DNA of 63,136 nucleotides, counting the filler, from Octopus bimaculoides (Eukaryota): assembly GCF_001194135.2 (NCBI RefSeq). It is 5 parts of 5 records of this genome, joined end to end, with 100 filler letters (N's around TTAATTAATTAA, not from the genome) between each part and the next. Parts side by side here need not be neighbours in the genome. Positions count along the whole stretch, not along the records: positions 56,761 to 63,136 come from NC_068999.1; 4 more parts are not named here. The stretch is one strand, 5' to 3'. Shown in pieces: positions 60,473 to 63,136 of the stretch. The translations under genes were made by a program, and so were the position numbers. The notes beneath the pieces are model-generated. The model did not search any database. It was not told where the DNA came from and saw only the letters and a program-made list of their open reading frames with translations. Within the stretch, counting starts at the first letter, position 1. Each line of letters begins with the position of its first letter.

Positions 60473-62649
60473 CAGATTTCATGGCATGAATTTATTACCT
60501 GTACTTCGGGATAGAGCAGGAGTGTCGAGTGAGCTTTTCCAGTCACACCTTGATCACATTTGCTGGAAAGTACTGAGGCAAGATTTGTTTGTGGCATTCC
60601 TAAATGATAAACGAACAATTATTCGTTAAAGGATTCGAATATAAATCGATAGTATCATTTATGTATGTCATTAATAACACTATGTAACAAAATTTTCATT
60701 TTTTGTTGCTGTTGTTGTTGTATTTGGTCAGTAAGTGGTATTTTCTATTTCCTTCTAGCAAGAAATCAAAGGAATTGACTACTATCCCTCTTCAAATTTT
60801 GCTTTTGTCATCTGGACATGTTTTGAAACTGACTTATTTCCCATTACATTTCAGACAGATTCGGTACCGAGTTGCTGAAGCAGATATATCGTTATAGCAA
60901 ATATTCTACTCAATACCAGATTTGCTCGCTCTCTTTGGTCATTAAGTGTTATTTCCTAATTGCTTCTATCAGATTTGCTTGTCGGTTGCTTGACCTTAAC
61001 CACTTAAGCATGTCCCTTAGTGGTTGACAATATAGGCATCTCTGATAATGAGCAGGAATAGTGGGGAAGCGTCATAACCATGTGTTAAGAGGGATTCATT
61101 GGGGGTTTGAATAAATATTGTAACAAAAGCAAAGTTTGAAGGAAATATTAGCAGTTTTTCATACTTTCTAGGGGTAAGCAAATAAGGAAACAACTGTTAC
61201 TATCTAAGGACAAAAACCGTGATACATAGTGTAATAAATCACTATTCGACATTATTCAACTTGATTTTATAAAGATCTTGCAGCGGGGGTAGACTGGTGC
61301 AGATAGAACGCATGCTGTAGTGTAAAAGTGGAGGTAGGCCGCGCGATAAAAGTGGTACAGAAATATTGCTTGTACCGACGAAAGAAAAGGCGTTTATCTT
61401 CAAGTTTACATCGAATTCAGAAATCGAAAGAAATAAAAGAACAAAAATATGTACTTAATCTTAACATAGTGACCCAATATGCAGTTAATTTATTGAGAAA
61501 GCAACATTTTGTCCCCCCCTCCGATGACATGATTGGTTGCTAAGAGCTACGAATGTGTAACAAAACAAAAAACGACAATACAACAAAATGAGGTGTATAA
61601 CAATGACTTCTGGTTTTAATAAATAGAAGTATACAGTTGAAGAGGCCAACAGTGGCCACCCCCATTCATTCATTACAATCTGTAGGCACCATATTGTCAG
61701 CCGTAAAAACCACGAATACAAGACAAGAGCTATTCCACAGACATTAATTAATCTGTTTGTCTTTTAACAGAATTTTAATAGTTTTAATATTAATAATAAT
61801 AATAATTTTAATAATAATAATAATCTATTATTTTTTTTTTTTGTTGTAATATTCTTAAACATGTTTACCAAAAAAATTGTCATTTCGCCAATTAGCCAAA
61901 ACTGCCAGAAGGAGAGATTACAACGGATTCTGGTTGCTAACCTCAGTTCTAACAGATCACGTGATTGACTTTTTTTTTTTTTAGTCCACATACTAAAAAC
62001 TGACTTTTTCACAATAGCAGGCTTCAAAGAACAGTCACAAAACCTATAGGTATACTTCCACCGAGATGATAAAAAAAAAATATATATATAAACAAAGAAA
62101 AACAAACAAAAAAAAGGCTATCCAATTGTAACCTCTGAATTTTTTTAAATATAGATTTCCTTGTTTGTTATTCTTATTATAATTTCTCATTCTGTAAGGA
62201 AATCCAAACGATACCGGGTGGTGGTGGTGGTGGTGGTTGTGATTGTGGTTAGTGATGGGAGTTGGGTGGGTGGTAGTGGTGGTGATGGTAGTAGTGGTGG
62301 TGGTGGTGGTAGTGTTTGTAAAAGGGGGGTTTAGAAAGACAAGGCAAATAAACATTGAAGTTAAATCGTAAAACAATAGTGAACCATCTTTCCGGGCGGA
62401 ATCTTAAAATTACCTGGCAGAACACTTTAGGGTGTGTAAATTACATATATACATACATACATACATACACACACACAAATGCGTATGTATAATATCACAA
62501 TTGCATACATACACACATACGTGGAAAGAGGGGTAGGAGTAGGGTTACGAGGAGCAGTAGGAGCTGTAGTAGTAGTAGTAGTAGTAGTAGTAATGATAGT
62601 GGTTAACTACTTAGAAGTGGAAGAGTTGTATGTGTGCGGGTATGAAAGT

Positions 62650-62927
62650 GCGTTATACTTCATATATATATATACACACATATACAAATATACATACATA
62701 TATATATACACACATATGTATACGTATATATATATACATACACATACGTATATATATACGCATATATACAAACATACGAATATACACATATAAGTATATA
62801 TATACATATATGTATATATACATATATATATATAAGTATATATATATTTACATACATACATATATATATATATATATACACAAATATATATATATATATA
62901 CACAAATATATATATATATACAGGTAC

Positions 62928-62979
<52 letters not shown>

Positions 62980-62980
62980 T
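62650..62980. repeat. (TA)/(CA) compound microsatellite
   Basis: Direct read. Confidence 0.9.
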
Positions 62981-63136
62981 GTTTATAATTATCTCTAAGA
63001 AGGGAGACTTTCTGGATTAAAATGGCAGGAGGAGCGAAAGTGTATTCAAAGGTTTCTTGAAGCTGAAGGTTGTGTCTTTTGAGTTTTGTCTTTTTCTCTT
63101 TTTGTTTTGTTTTTTTTTCTTTCTTGGAATCAGTTT

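Noticed and set aside
61260-62060. Non-repetitive segment with short ORFs and a TCACGTGA motif
   Set aside because: No ORF with domain support or consistent splice structure; may be UTR or intron of a gene outside the window.

Overview
AT-rich, gap-riddled eukaryotic genomic window. The SINE, microsatellite and transposon landscape looks like an octopus (cephalopod) draft assembly; this is an inference, not a database result. Two protein-coding loci are supported. (1) A single large coding exon (7780-8856, +) for an unrecognised 358-aa protein with two N-terminal transmembrane helices and a long low-complexity tail. (2) RPL13/eL13 (three coding exons 17771-18016, 18188-18361, 21605-21820, +; 211 aa). 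The most striking feature is an array of five near-identical box C/D snoRNA-like units inside a single RPL13 intron (18770-21003). Each has canonical C/D kink-turn geometry and a long external stem, and the guide variants are mosaically shuffled between copies. A Merlin (ISXO2-like) DNA transposon remnant with recognisable TIRs sits just upstream of the first RPL13 coding exon, downstream of a candidate TCT/5'TOP start. The rest is repeat: at least five SINE-like families, two mariner elements with TIRs and TA target duplications, Helitron pieces, a Penelope-like RT fragment, pLTR-like repeats with minimal hammerhead-ribozyme-like motifs, Tx1/L1 and R4/NeSL-like LINE fragments, TTAA MITEs, a foldback element, mini/microsatellites and assembly spacers. 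No rRNA, genuine tRNA or CRISPR is present. Repeat boundaries are approximate.
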